This document shows, one piece after another, positions 45,001-53,183 of a stretch of DNA of 64,000 nt. Made by a program: the position numbers and the translations under genes. The first letter of the stretch is position 1, and each line of letters opens with the position of its first letter. Source of the stretch: Candidatus Undinarchaeota archaeon (GTDB taxonomy: Archaea; SpSt-1190; JASMDC01); assembly GCA_964519305.1 (NCBI GenBank), contig CAZFHY010000019.1, forward strand, positions 1 to 64,000. The letters are read 5' to 3'. Below the pieces are notes generated by a model, which did no database searches, was not told the DNA's origin, and saw only the letters and a list, made by a program, of their open reading frames with translations.

Positions 45001-47948
45001 TCGATCTCGTCCAGAAGAGCGTTTAAGCGCCCTCCCTCCTCGCCGGGGAGCTCTTCAGCACGGATGCGCATATCCTCGAGCTCATACCGGATGTGCTCCT
45101 GCTCACGCAGGAAGTCAAAGTACATTCGCACCTCGTCAAGGGCGCGGTGGAGGCCGCCGAAGCGCTTCTCGATCTTGCCCAGGAGCTTACCTGCCGACTT
45201 GAACTTGCCGGCCTCGATATCGTCCTGTGCCTCTATGATCATGTCCTCGATCTCGTTGAAGATGGACAGAGCGGGGCCTATGTCGATACCGTTGGCCACC
45301 ATCTCCTCGACCTCCCATGAGACATCCTGGTAGTGTCGGATGATGCCCTCCAGGTGACCGCGGATATGGATCTCCTCGATAACAGCCCAGGCATTTCCCA
45401 TCTCCTTCCAGGCATTATCAATGTCGCCGCTCGCAGCGGCACTGTACGACTGGTAGAGATAGTCTTCTGCCAAGCTTATGAGATAGAGCATCTCCTCGAT
45501 GTCCGCTCCCATCATCTCCATCTCGAAGAGACGTTCCTGTGCCTCCTCGAGCTGGTCGTAGGCGTTCTCGAGCTCGTCCTCGAAAGCAAAGCCTTCGGGT
45601 TCCAAGGCTCGCTGGAACGCGCGATTGATGAATTTGTGCACTCTGCGGGTGAATCCCTCGAAGCGGTGCTGGATGTCCATTATATGACCGATATCGCCGC
45701 TGTCCTCAGCTTCAGCGAGCTCGTTCTGGATGTCCTGGAGCTCCTCAAGGAGACGGGAGAGCTCGATGCGGAACCTGCCCACATCTGTGCCACCCTCCTC
45801 CAGCTCGTTCAGAGACTCGTCGAAATCGGTGATATCAAGATCGAGCTCCATGATGCCGAGCGAGGTCTCCAGACGCGATACGAGCATGTTGGCCTCCTCA
45901 GCGAGGTAGTCGACCTCTTCGAGCTTACCCTCGAGGATGAGCTTCTGTGCATCGTCGATGAGGAGGCGTAGTTCCTCGATGATCGCCTCCTCGACGGAGA
46001 GATCGTAGCCCGCACCCTTGAGCTCATCGACCTTCTCAGCAAGACCTTCGATGTATTGCTTACCATCGTTCAGGTCGTCCTGATAGCGCTGGTTGTCCTT
46101 CTTACGGTCCAGTTGCTCTCGGATCTCCAATACCTGCTCCCAACCCTCAGGACCGCTACCTGCCTCCTTGAGCGCACCGAGCAGGTCCTGTAGGTCACCG
46201 AGGTCGACGTTCTCGTCCTCGGCCTCTTCGAACTCGTACTGAAGACTCTTGAGAGCGGAGTCGAACTGATGGTTCTCCACCTCGGAGGACACATCCTGCT
46301 CATCGCTACCGAGCTGGGCCCTACCGATGAGCTTCTCGATCTCGCCCACCTTGAGCTTGATCTCCTTACCCGCGTGCTTGAAGGCGTCGATGTCCTTCCC
46401 TTCTAGGGCGTAGAACTCAGCGTCCCTCCCTAACCGCTGGACGGCCTTGAGGAGGTAGCGCATTTTCTTGTCCTCGCCAAACTCCTTCTCGAAGGACTCG
46501 GCCTTCTCTTCAAGAGCGCTAATGAGGTTCTTAATATCCCCAAGTTCCTTACGGACGTCGTTCTTCTCGGAACCCACCAGCTCTTCGATGCGTTCGGCCC
46601 GGCGGTCCTTGTCAAGGCTGGAGACGATCGCCCACTCGCCCTGTGAAGCGAGGTCCTGGGCCAGACGTGCCTGGCGGAAGCCCTCTACATACTTCTCGCC
46701 CTCCAGTGCTTCCTGGGCTCTGGTCAGAGCAGCGTCTGCCTTGTCGATGAAATCGAGGGCCTTCTTTAGAACGCCCGCCTCGATTGTGATATCGTCCTTG
46801 TAATTAGCGATGAGCACCCGCATCTCGCCGATAACGACCTCGGCACGGCCAGCCTCATCGAGAGCCTTCTTGGCTAGCTGGAGTCGTTCAAGCTCTCTCT
46901 CAAGAGCGCTGATCTTGGAAGCGAGGTCCTTGGCCTTCTTAGCGTACTTGTCCTTGGCCTTGCGGACCTGTTCTGCCACGGCAGCTACGGGGTCCTCTTC
47001 CTCCACATGCTGGATGGCGTCCTCGGTGACGTTCTGCTCCTTGAAGCGCTCCACGAGCTCTTCTGAGAGACCGCTGTCACCGACAACGATGATATCGGTG
47101 ATGTTGTAGTTGCGGACGAAGTCGGCCAGTTCCTTGGCCTTGCTGGTGTCAGAGATAACGAACACGACCGTGTCCTCAGCGTCCGCGGGCATCTTGAGGA
47201 TGTCCGCATAGTTATCCTCTGTGACGATGATGCGTGCCGTAGTGATGCCTTCGATCTCGGTAAGCTTGCTCTTGATATGACCGAGGATGCGGTCGAGGGT
47301 CTTATCGATGGAGGATCCGGTCACCTTCGTCAAGCTAGGACCGATGGATTCCACAGCGGAGGTGAGGTTCTCGGAAGGATTGGTACCGACAAGCACCACG
47401 TTCGAGACATTGAGGTCGGTGAGGAGCGATGCCGCATCGACGGATAGCGCGTCGCAGGGTGTGAGCAGGATAGGGGCTCCATACATCCGTGCGAGGGACA
47501 ACGATGCAGCCAGCTGCTTGTATTCCTCACCTACGGAGTATATGTTATCACAAACTAGAACAGCATCGTTTGTACCTGTGGAGAACCAGAAGTACATACC
47601 GATGCTCGCGGCCGTACCATAGCGGGTCATGTCCCAGATACGCTCGGTGGTGAAGCCGATCTCAGTAAGTTTCTTCTCGACGTCCTCACTGATGACGGCG
47701 GGTCCACCTATGATATAGACCGTCTTGGGAGCGAGGTCCCGCAACGTGGCCTCCACCGCTTCAGAGAGCTCGTTCTCGTCAGTGACGATTACCGGCGCTC
47801 CGATCTTGTTCGCAGCGGCCGCTGCAACAACGGAATCAGGGTAGTTCACCGTGGTGGTGAGGAACACCGCGTCCACGGACTCTTCTGCCATGGCCAAGCT
47901 GGCCATGAGCACAGTCAATATCAGTACAAAACGCAATCCTCTATACAT
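42099..47948 (-). CDS. Giant secreted protein (~1949 aa): cell-wall-binding-2 (CWB2) repeats, long helical repeat rod, C-terminal CGDGxC Cys-rich repeats
   Basis: GGAGG RBS and signal peptide; NYPDSVVAAAAANKIGAPVIVT..VYIIGGPAVIS..TRYGTA CWB2 signature; about 12 repeats with xG(V/I/Y/F)D(V/I/L/T)-type turns; three CGDG.C..E....C..DC units. Confidence 0.88.
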   Translation of the reverse strand: MYRGLRFVLILTVLMASLAMAEESVDAVFLTTTVNYPDSVVAAAAANKIGAPVIVTDENELSEAVEATLRDLAPKTVYIIGGPAVISEDVEKKLTEIGFTTERIWDMTRYGTAASIGMYFWFSTGTNDAVLVCDNIYSVGEEYKQLAASLSLARMYGAPILLTPCDALSVDAASLLTDLNVSNVVLVGTNPSENLTSAVESIGPSLTKVTGSSIDKTLDRILGHIKSKLTEIEGITTARIIVTEDNYADILKMPADAEDTVVFVISDTSKAKELADFVRNYNITDIIVVGDSGLSEELVERFKEQNVTEDAIQHVEEEDPVAAVAEQVRKAKDKYAKKAKDLASKISALERELERLQLAKKALDEAGRAEVVIGEMRVLIANYKDDITIEAGVLKKALDFIDKADAALTRAQEALEGEKYVEGFRQARLAQDLASQGEWAIVSSLDKDRRAERIEELVGSEKNDVRKELGDIKNLISALEEKAESFEKEFGEDKKMRYLLKAVQRLGRDAEFYALEGKDIDAFKHAGKEIKLKVGEIEKLIGRAQLGSDEQDVSSEVENHQFDSALKSLQYEFEEAEDENVDLGDLQDLLGALKEAGSGPEGWEQVLEIREQLDRKKDNQRYQDDLNDGKQYIEGLAEKVDELKGAGYDLSVEEAIIEELRLLIDDAQKLILEGKLEEVDYLAEEANMLVSRLETSLGIMELDLDITDFDESLNELEEGGTDVGRFRIELSRLLEELQDIQNELAEAEDSGDIGHIMDIQHRFEGFTRRVHKFINRAFQRALEPEGFAFEDELENAYDQLEEAQERLFEMEMMGADIEEMLYLISLAEDYLYQSYSAAASGDIDNAWKEMGNAWAVIEEIHIRGHLEGIIRHYQDVSWEVEEMVANGIDIGPALSIFNEIEDMIIEAQDDIEAGKFKSAGKLLGKIEKRFGGLHRALDEVRMYFDFLREQEHIRYELEDMRIRAEELPGEEGGRLNALLDEIEGGIDKAIELAMNGKARAAEKVFRNAMEKMPLVHFFYERTMIEDNLYRMFEELDMMAYEGFDVSDMETKLKDVALCFDNAMDEMRNVRNPHEFDRIMGKCRHRMERLHREFESFMQWRHFNEQIEDAYRFLEDLDRRFEDASYSGFKVPDFVEDLRRDYEEVLRTIEGLAKQGDFRRAERMFEKLWYIREQIDMSGAFIDLENRLNNVEQRLEEAEYDGVDTKPYRYAIEDIREGIDEMRNAGIQGHRLGRALERFHREIDRLEREFESRRWLGGLEDRLRNMEDQLRDDEYNGIRVDDLYEELADLRAELRNVVREVQEMEGGRWDTIIHQFERKINALEQRRAIATIPREFERRFRDMEQRLEDMEYDEIDTSEARRGLKSLWYELDEFKNKLRATEQMDRIWREQELFNRRVSEFENSVFQGLEAQRMTNDYKRRFQDIQDQLERMEYDGVDVSSAKTKFRELQHKLDALASDMDGVRDIWRHFEPFQREFDQFQESLWMLERLSGLKNELQGFEDEVDRMEYENVPGTQELNRILLDMKARAEEFRGELDGAYDPGRVMERFERDWEGYRFQFWRMQWLLWKSRDLTQMREDVRYHDQALLKQLELYYEEMRMKALESDGRDWDRLQRDLEQRFNEMSERYWQSNSDGSGGTEQPSGDQCEQCKNKCINEMGRSYSECEGFCEYDCGGSSGGYDPYCGDGMCNGQEGSSDCCKDCGCPADHWCDQGSNICKPEDSGSQQGHCGDGDCRGHEGENCGSCQQDCGCPSEQFCDYDMCRSDSGDDQGGPSGYKCCQSSEGMDACRVDLDQPCPDMYQDLPDEWVDPNAPANCISPGPGMTDPPWCDMSSGGDHTDDHCGDGICDYDTGENKDNCHDDCSCNKNNSCDPWEDQFGCCMDCGCPDGNYCKDDTGECLMDDTGGDDHPDCYNAITDATCMELADCKWCEGDSAPHSCFPNEYTCGSGPV

Positions 47949-48003
47949 AGCCTTCGCCTCCAATTAACTTGACTTCCCGGTTTAGAACTCATTCGGTATG
48001 ACA

Positions 48004-48017
48004 TTTATAGGTTTCGT
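48004..48017 (-). promoter_or_regulatory. BRE-TATA promoter for the giant surface-protein gene
   Basis: Minus strand CGAAACC-TATAAA about 55 nt upstream of the ATG. Confidence 0.55.
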
Positions 48018-48095
48018 TCTCCTTTTGAAGGATATAGACAATCTATACACGTCGATATTTCTTCTGGAACGTGACAAGGGGATGAGGTTATCTGA

Positions 48096-49232
48096 ATGGA
48101 TAGAATGGGACCGAGCGTGGATGATGTGATGTCCCATCTAGAGGAATACGAGTTCTCCACCTTTCAACTCGGCACGACCAGCCTCCATGACAAGGACTCA
48201 TTTGTACAAGCTATCACTGAGAGGTTCGGTGCCACCTTCGCCGAGAAGCACCCCGATCTCACGATCGTGCTTGGATCAGGTACCATGGAGATTATGACAC
48301 GTCCACTGTTCGTGTACGGGCGGTACTTCAAGACCTCACGAGAGATCCCACAGACGAGATGGCCTTGTCGCGTATGTAAGGGCGCTGGTTGTCCACGCTG
48401 CGATGGTACGGGAAAAATGTATCAGGAGAGCGTCGAGGAGATACTGGGCGCCCCCCTCCTGACAGCTACCGGCGGGACGGGAACCCGGCTCCACGGTTGT
48501 GGTCGTGAGGACATCGACGCGCGGATGCTCGGGTCAGGAAGGCCATTCGTAATAGAGGTGCTCAATCCGCGCTGCCGCACAATCGACCTGCCAGAGATTA
48601 CGCACGAGAAGGCGGGTTTCATGTTCCTCAGTTTCTGCGAAAAGGGCGTTTCAAGGATGCTGAAATCTTGTGCAGCGTTCAAACGTTATAGGGCGAAGGT
48701 AACACTTGAGAGCGAGGTGGACGATCTGCACCTCAAGAGGGTACATGATCTATGTGGCGTCCGGATCGACCAACGGACGCCGAACCGTGTTCTCCACCGT
48801 CGAAAGGACTTGAAGCGTGGTCGAGCGATAGCGGGTATAGTATGTCGTCGCAGTGGGCCTATGGAGCTGGAGCTCGAGCTCGTTGTTGCTTCGGGTTTCT
48901 ATGTAAAGGAATTCGTTTCCGGCGATGGGGGGAGGAGCACGCCATCCCTTGCAGAGGTCTTGGACGTCGGGTGTACATGTACACGCCTCGATGTATTGGC
49001 CGTGTTCGATCCCACGCTGCTCGATCTCATTAGAGAGACGGGTATGTCGGGTAGCGATCCTCATGAAGGTGCTCAAATGGTGGGTATGACGCTGTCGTGC
49101 GGCTGTGATCCTAAGATCCAGCTTGAGCGCATGTTCACTGTTGATGAGCTTCCCACGGTAATGGATGCGCTCTCATATGGCGCCACCGCGGACGCCTCCT
49201 TGACGCTCACCTGCACTGACGATGACTTTTAA
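48096..49232 (+). CDS. pus10: tRNA pseudouridine(54/55) synthase Pus10
   Basis: GRYFKTSREIPQTRWPC..C, GCGREDIDARMLGSGRPF, QRTPNRV.HRR, GFYVKEFVSGD.GRS.PSL. Confidence 0.93.
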   Translation: MDRMGPSVDDVMSHLEEYEFSTFQLGTTSLHDKDSFVQAITERFGATFAEKHPDLTIVLGSGTMEIMTRPLFVYGRYFKTSREIPQTRWPCRVCKGAGCPRCDGTGKMYQESVEEILGAPLLTATGGTGTRLHGCGREDIDARMLGSGRPFVIEVLNPRCRTIDLPEITHEKAGFMFLSFCEKGVSRMLKSCAAFKRYRAKVTLESEVDDLHLKRVHDLCGVRIDQRTPNRVLHRRKDLKRGRAIAGIVCRRSGPMELELELVVASGFYVKEFVSGDGGRSTPSLAEVLDVGCTCTRLDVLAVFDPTLLDLIRETGMSGSDPHEGAQMVGMTLSCGCDPKIQLERMFTVDELPTVMDALSYGATADASLTLTCTDDDF

Positions 49233-49236
49233 TTAG

Positions 49237-50379
49237 ATGAGAGCTACTGCTCAGGCTATGGATGAGGCTCACGAGTCACTCGAGGACATCCTCAATAAGC
49301 GTCGCAAGATGGCAAATCGTCTACAGGACGCCATAGCTGGCAGGGAGGATCCAGGGCTCCACCCCGGTGGTCCAGCTCCTGATGAGGAGGATGAACCCAC
49401 TCCTCAGGCTACGAGCGACCTACATCCCCCCTCTGCAACTCCGTTATCATCACCCTCACGTACCACTGGCCCTGCGATCTTTGACGAGGGTCTTCCGAGC
49501 ATGAAGCGGGCCCCGAAGGGTGACGACACCTTCCCTGAGCCAGTAGATCCTTCCAAGGGTGATGATAGCTTCCCTGAAGGCCCGGGCTCCGTAAAGGGTG
49601 ACGATAGCTTCCCTGATGTTTCCGGTCCGATAAAGGGTGACGACCTTTTTCCCGAACCGACCTCAGTACCCACTGACGACGGATTCCTCCCTGAGGCGGA
49701 GCCAGATTCATCCGCTACCGACGACGGATTCCTCCCTGAGGCGGAGCCAGATTCATCCGCTACCGACGATGGATTCCTCCCTGAGGCGGAGGAAGAGCCC
49801 GAGCCCTTAGAGGAAGAGCCCGAGCCCGTAGAGGAAGAGCCTGAGCCTGTAGAGGAAGAGCCCGAGCCCGTAGAGGAAGAGCCTGAGCCCGTAGAGGAAG
49901 AGCCTGAGCCTCTCCCTATCCTCGGACCGGAGCCTGTAGAGGAAGAGCCCGAGCCTCTCCCTATCCTCGGACCGGAGCCTGCAGAGGAAGAGCCCGAGCC
50001 TCTCCCCGTCCTCGGACCGGAGCCTGTAGAGGAAGAGCCCGAGCCCATCACTCTGCCCTTTCATGATGATGAGGAACGTGTTATTCCCTCACGTGAGCCT
50101 GTAGAGGCACCTTCCGAGGAGGAACCGGTTTCCGAGCCAAGTGAACCATCTCTGCGTGCAGTCCCTCTTGAGGAACCGCCAACTCGTTTCGAGCCTGAGA
50201 CTATACCTGAGCCAGTGCACACGGGGGTCTCGAACTTGGAGAAGGAGGTCCGTTCTTTGAGCGAAAGTCTTGACGGTCTCCTTCGCGACCGCCAACGGTT
50301 CCCTAACAGCGAGGTATTCTATAACGTCCTTAACGAGGCGTCTAACGGTCTGAAGGACTCACTTGACCTGTTACGCTGA
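49237..50379 (+). CDS. Acidic Glu/Pro-rich repeat protein with helical termini
   Basis: 380 aa; nested tandem repeats between short amphipathic N- and C-terminal helices. Confidence 0.7.
   Translation: MRATAQAMDEAHESLEDILNKRRKMANRLQDAIAGREDPGLHPGGPAPDEEDEPTPQATSDLHPPSATPLSSPSRTTGPAIFDEGLPSMKRAPKGDDTFPEPVDPSKGDDSFPEGPGSVKGDDSFPDVSGPIKGDDLFPEPTSVPTDDGFLPEAEPDSSATDDGFLPEAEPDSSATDDGFLPEAEEEPEPLEEEPEPVEEEPEPVEEEPEPVEEEPEPVEEEPEPLPILGPEPVEEEPEPLPILGPEPAEEEPEPLPVLGPEPVEEEPEPITLPFHDDEERVIPSREPVEAPSEEEPVSEPSEPSLRAVPLEEPPTRFEPETIPEPVHTGVSNLEKEVRSLSESLDGLLRDRQRFPNSEVFYNVLNEASNGLKDSLDLLR
49672..50046 (+). repeat. Coding tandem repeats: 45-bp (TDDGFLPEAEPDSSA), 21-bp (EEEPEPV) and 45-bp (EEEPEPLPILGPEPV) units
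   Basis: Near-identical DNA copies, all multiples of 3 and in frame within ORF 49237-50379. Confidence 0.9.
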
Positions 50380-50395
50380 TCACGAGAGTCTGCGG

Positions 50396-50956
50396 TCATG
50401 ACTCGCTGAGGACCTCGTAGAGCTCTCGGTTCAGAACGACACGGTTGACCTTACCGAGCCGCTCTTTTGCGATGATGCCCTTGTTCTCGAGGTTCTTGAG
50501 GATACGGTGGGTCTTGACCTTGTTTAGGTTAGGGAGATGAGATAGCTCATACTGTTGGACCTTTCCTCCGTTCTCGAGGATCGTGTCCACTACCTTGCGC
50601 TCAAGGGGATTGAGGAACTTGAGGATGATACGTGTGTTCTTCTGAAGGACTGTTTCCTTGTGAACAATCCGGTCGGCCATGATGTAATAGACCACGGTCC
50701 CTACGAAGAGCCCGATAAATGCGAAGAAAGGAATCAAATAATAACCGTGGAGCCATGGTTGAGCTCCGAACCGTTCCTCGAGATACTCCTTGATTTCATC
50801 TTTCGACATGCGGTCGATGGCATCCGGAGTGAGACGGGCCGCGGTCCGTTCCTGATGCTGGAGATTGAAGTAGAAACTTACCGATATGACGAGGAGGGCA
50901 AAGGAGACTATAAGGCCGATGGCCAGTACCTTGTTCTTGTTACCCTCGGAATCCAC
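50396..50956 (-). CDS. Membrane-anchored winged-helix transcriptional regulator
   Basis: Two TM helices, then ERKVV..GGKVQQYEL..KVKTHRILKNLENKGII.KERLGKVN. Confidence 0.85.
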   Translation of the reverse strand: MDSEGNKNKVLAIGLIVSFALLVISVSFYFNLQHQERTAARLTPDAIDRMSKDEIKEYLEERFGAQPWLHGYYLIPFFAFIGLFVGTVVYYIMADRIVHKETVLQKNTRIILKFLNPLERKVVDTILENGGKVQQYELSHLPNLNKVKTHRILKNLENKGIIAKERLGKVNRVVLNRELYEVLSES

Positions 50957-51125
50957 ATACCTCAGAAAGGGCGACAGGTTTTTAACCGTTTCTTGGACGT
51001 TCTAGTCAACGGTTTCGTGCTCCTGAAACCAATATATACCCGATAATCGATAGTTTCAATAACTTGGATATATAGTTTCATCATGAGGATTTTATTGTGA
51101 TCAGCGAGAACCGAGGATGAGAGAC

Positions 51126-51878
51126 ATGAAAGAAGTGATCGCACTATTATTGGTAGTAGCGCTAACGGGCACGTTCCTCATGGCCATCGCGCCGGACGCT
51201 CCTTCTCCGGTATTAGTCCCAGACAAGGCCCCACCAGCATCCCCCTTGGAGTTGGAGGGTCCGCCGGTGCCTGTGGAGCGAACAGCAATCGAGCCTGGTG
51301 TTAGAACGCTCGGGTGTACCGGAGATTGTGCGAGCTGTCCATTTGCCGATGGGGATGGCGGTTGTCCTCACGAAAAAGAAGATACTGGATGCAAACATGA
51401 GGACGCGGGGGAAGAGCACGTAGTAGAGATCCGCGGTCGTGATATGAAGTCGATGACCGTTCGTGAGATTGCGGTGCTCTGGGGCATCGATCCGAAAAAG
51501 CTGTTGGATGCCACAGTACAGCGGTTCGGGCTCCTCGGCGACCACTCTACCGAAAGTACATTGGATGATCTTCGGGCAGAACGGCGGTTCCCTCCTGCGG
51601 ACGTGAAGACGATCGCAGATGGAATAGCGTGGGAAGCCCCGGCCCCAGAGGTCATAACAGAGCCCGCCGTGCCCCATAACTGCGGTGGCTGCCCCTACGC
51701 ATCAGCGGGAGGGGGCTGCGCGCTCGCTAGAGATGAACCCCCTGAAGATGTAGAACCCAAAGACCAGTACGGGGGTTGTCCTATAGGGATGGTCAACGAC
51801 CCGTACCCCGGCGACTGTGGTCAATACGTGGATTCCGACCGGAACGGGTATTGTGATTTAAGCGAATATGCCATATAG
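51126..51878 (+). CDS. Exported Cys-cluster protein
   Basis: N-terminal hydrophobic helix; CTGDCASCPF..C, CGGCPY..C, and C-terminal CPIGMVNDPYPGDCGQYVDSDRNGYCDLS. Confidence 0.75.
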   Translation: MKEVIALLLVVALTGTFLMAIAPDAPSPVLVPDKAPPASPLELEGPPVPVERTAIEPGVRTLGCTGDCASCPFADGDGGCPHEKEDTGCKHEDAGEEHVVEIRGRDMKSMTVREIAVLWGIDPKKLLDATVQRFGLLGDHSTESTLDDLRAERRFPPADVKTIADGIAWEAPAPEVITEPAVPHNCGGCPYASAGGGCALARDEPPEDVEPKDQYGGCPIGMVNDPYPGDCGQYVDSDRNGYCDLSEYAI

Positions 51879-51925
51879 GAGGTGGGGATGACCACCGTCC
51901 CTTCCACTGTACAGGTGTGAAGCTT

Positions 51926-52201
51926 ATGAATCGGACCGACATCAACTACATAGTCGACGTTACCATGGCGGTGTTCTTCCTCCTGAGCTTCACCACCGGT
52001 CTCATCAAGTTCCCTGCCATCCTCGTTTACGTACTGCAGGTGTATGGTACCCTCCCCATGTACAAGATAACCTGGGTGCACGACTACAGCGGGCTCGCTT
52101 TCGGCACCCTCGGTGTGATCCATCTGCTACTGCATTGGGATTGGCTCGTAGCGATGACGCGACGAAAGCTGGGTACAACGAAACGGGAGACTAAAGAGTA
52201 A
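51926..52201 (+). CDS. DUF4405 / cytochrome b-like small membrane protein
   Basis: NYIVD..TG.., VHDYSG..IHLLLHWDW His pattern. Confidence 0.8.
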   Translation: MNRTDINYIVDVTMAVFFLLSFTTGLIKFPAILVYVLQVYGTLPMYKITWVHDYSGLAFGTLGVIHLLLHWDWLVAMTRRKLGTTKRETKE

Positions 52202-52271
52202 AGCGATCGATGGGCCTGAGAAGGACGCACCACGAGAAAGCTTTTAATATCCGCTTAATCTCCCAGCCGCC

Positions 52272-53096
52272 ATGGCCCATTGTGCCGAGTGCGGCAAGGA
52301 TGTCACCATGCCTTACCGGTGCAAGTTCTGCGGCCAGCATTTCTGCGATGACCATCGACTACCCGAGAACCATGGCTGTACTGGTCTGGAGGAGTACAAA
52401 CGCAAACGTCGTGAGGGTCGCACAGATCCCGTAAAGGCCCGAAAGAAAGGAGAGAAGCACGACTCGCATATCATCTACACACCCTCACAGGTGCGACATG
52501 AGGTCGTGATGGGGTCACTGGATGCCTTCCGTGTAACTAACCGGGCCCTTGTCCCAAAGATAGTCGGACTGTGCGTTGCCGTGTTCGCACTTCAGATCCT
52601 GCTCGGTGCATGGTTCACCCGAGCCTTCATGCTCTATCCCATATACGCGTTCTCGCAGCCCTGGACACTTTTCACACATATGCTCCTCCACGCGAGCATC
52701 GGTCACATATTCTTCAACATGTGGATCCTGTACATATTCGGGACTCGTCTTGAACAGGATATCGGAAGCGAGACATTCATCACGATCTTCCTTCTTGCAG
52801 GTCTCTCTGGAGGACTGGCCTATGTCGTATTGAATCCCGGCTCAGCAGTCCCTGCCCTGGGCGCGAGCGGTGCGATCTATGGTGTGTTCGGTTGTCTTGC
52901 GATCCTGCGACCGAACCTTACAGTGCTCATCCAGTTCCTCATACCCATGCGGCTCATCCATGCTGCCATTCTCTACGCGGCCATCGACCTGATGCAGTTC
53001 GGGTCCGCTGACAACGTGGGCCATGCAGCTCATCTGGCGGGCATCCTGGTGGGCTTCGCGGCGGGCAAGTACCTGCGCGACCACGGTGTGCACTGA
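52272..53096 (+). CDS. Rhomboid intramembrane serine protease with an N-terminal AN1 zinc finger
   Basis: CAECG..CKFCG..FC..HRLPENHGC; HIFFNM, GASGA, HAAHLAG. Confidence 0.93.
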   Translation: MAHCAECGKDVTMPYRCKFCGQHFCDDHRLPENHGCTGLEEYKRKRREGRTDPVKARKKGEKHDSHIIYTPSQVRHEVVMGSLDAFRVTNRALVPKIVGLCVAVFALQILLGAWFTRAFMLYPIYAFSQPWTLFTHMLLHASIGHIFFNMWILYIFGTRLEQDIGSETFITIFLLAGLSGGLAYVVLNPGSAVPALGASGAIYGVFGCLAILRPNLTVLIQFLIPMRLIHAAILYAAIDLMQFGSADNVGHAAHLAGILVGFAAGKYLRDHGVH

Positions 53097-53183
53097 CCTT
53101 TCGGCCTTTTACAAAGTTGGGTATCGACCCTAAGAAAATCCTTTCTTATTTAAACCGGGAAAACAAAGAGAGTAGTGGGCATA

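Noticed and set aside
49672-50046. Tandem repeats as a possible CRISPR array
   Set aside because: Units are contiguous with no unique spacers, have lengths divisible by 3, lie in frame in a CDS, and no cas genes are present.
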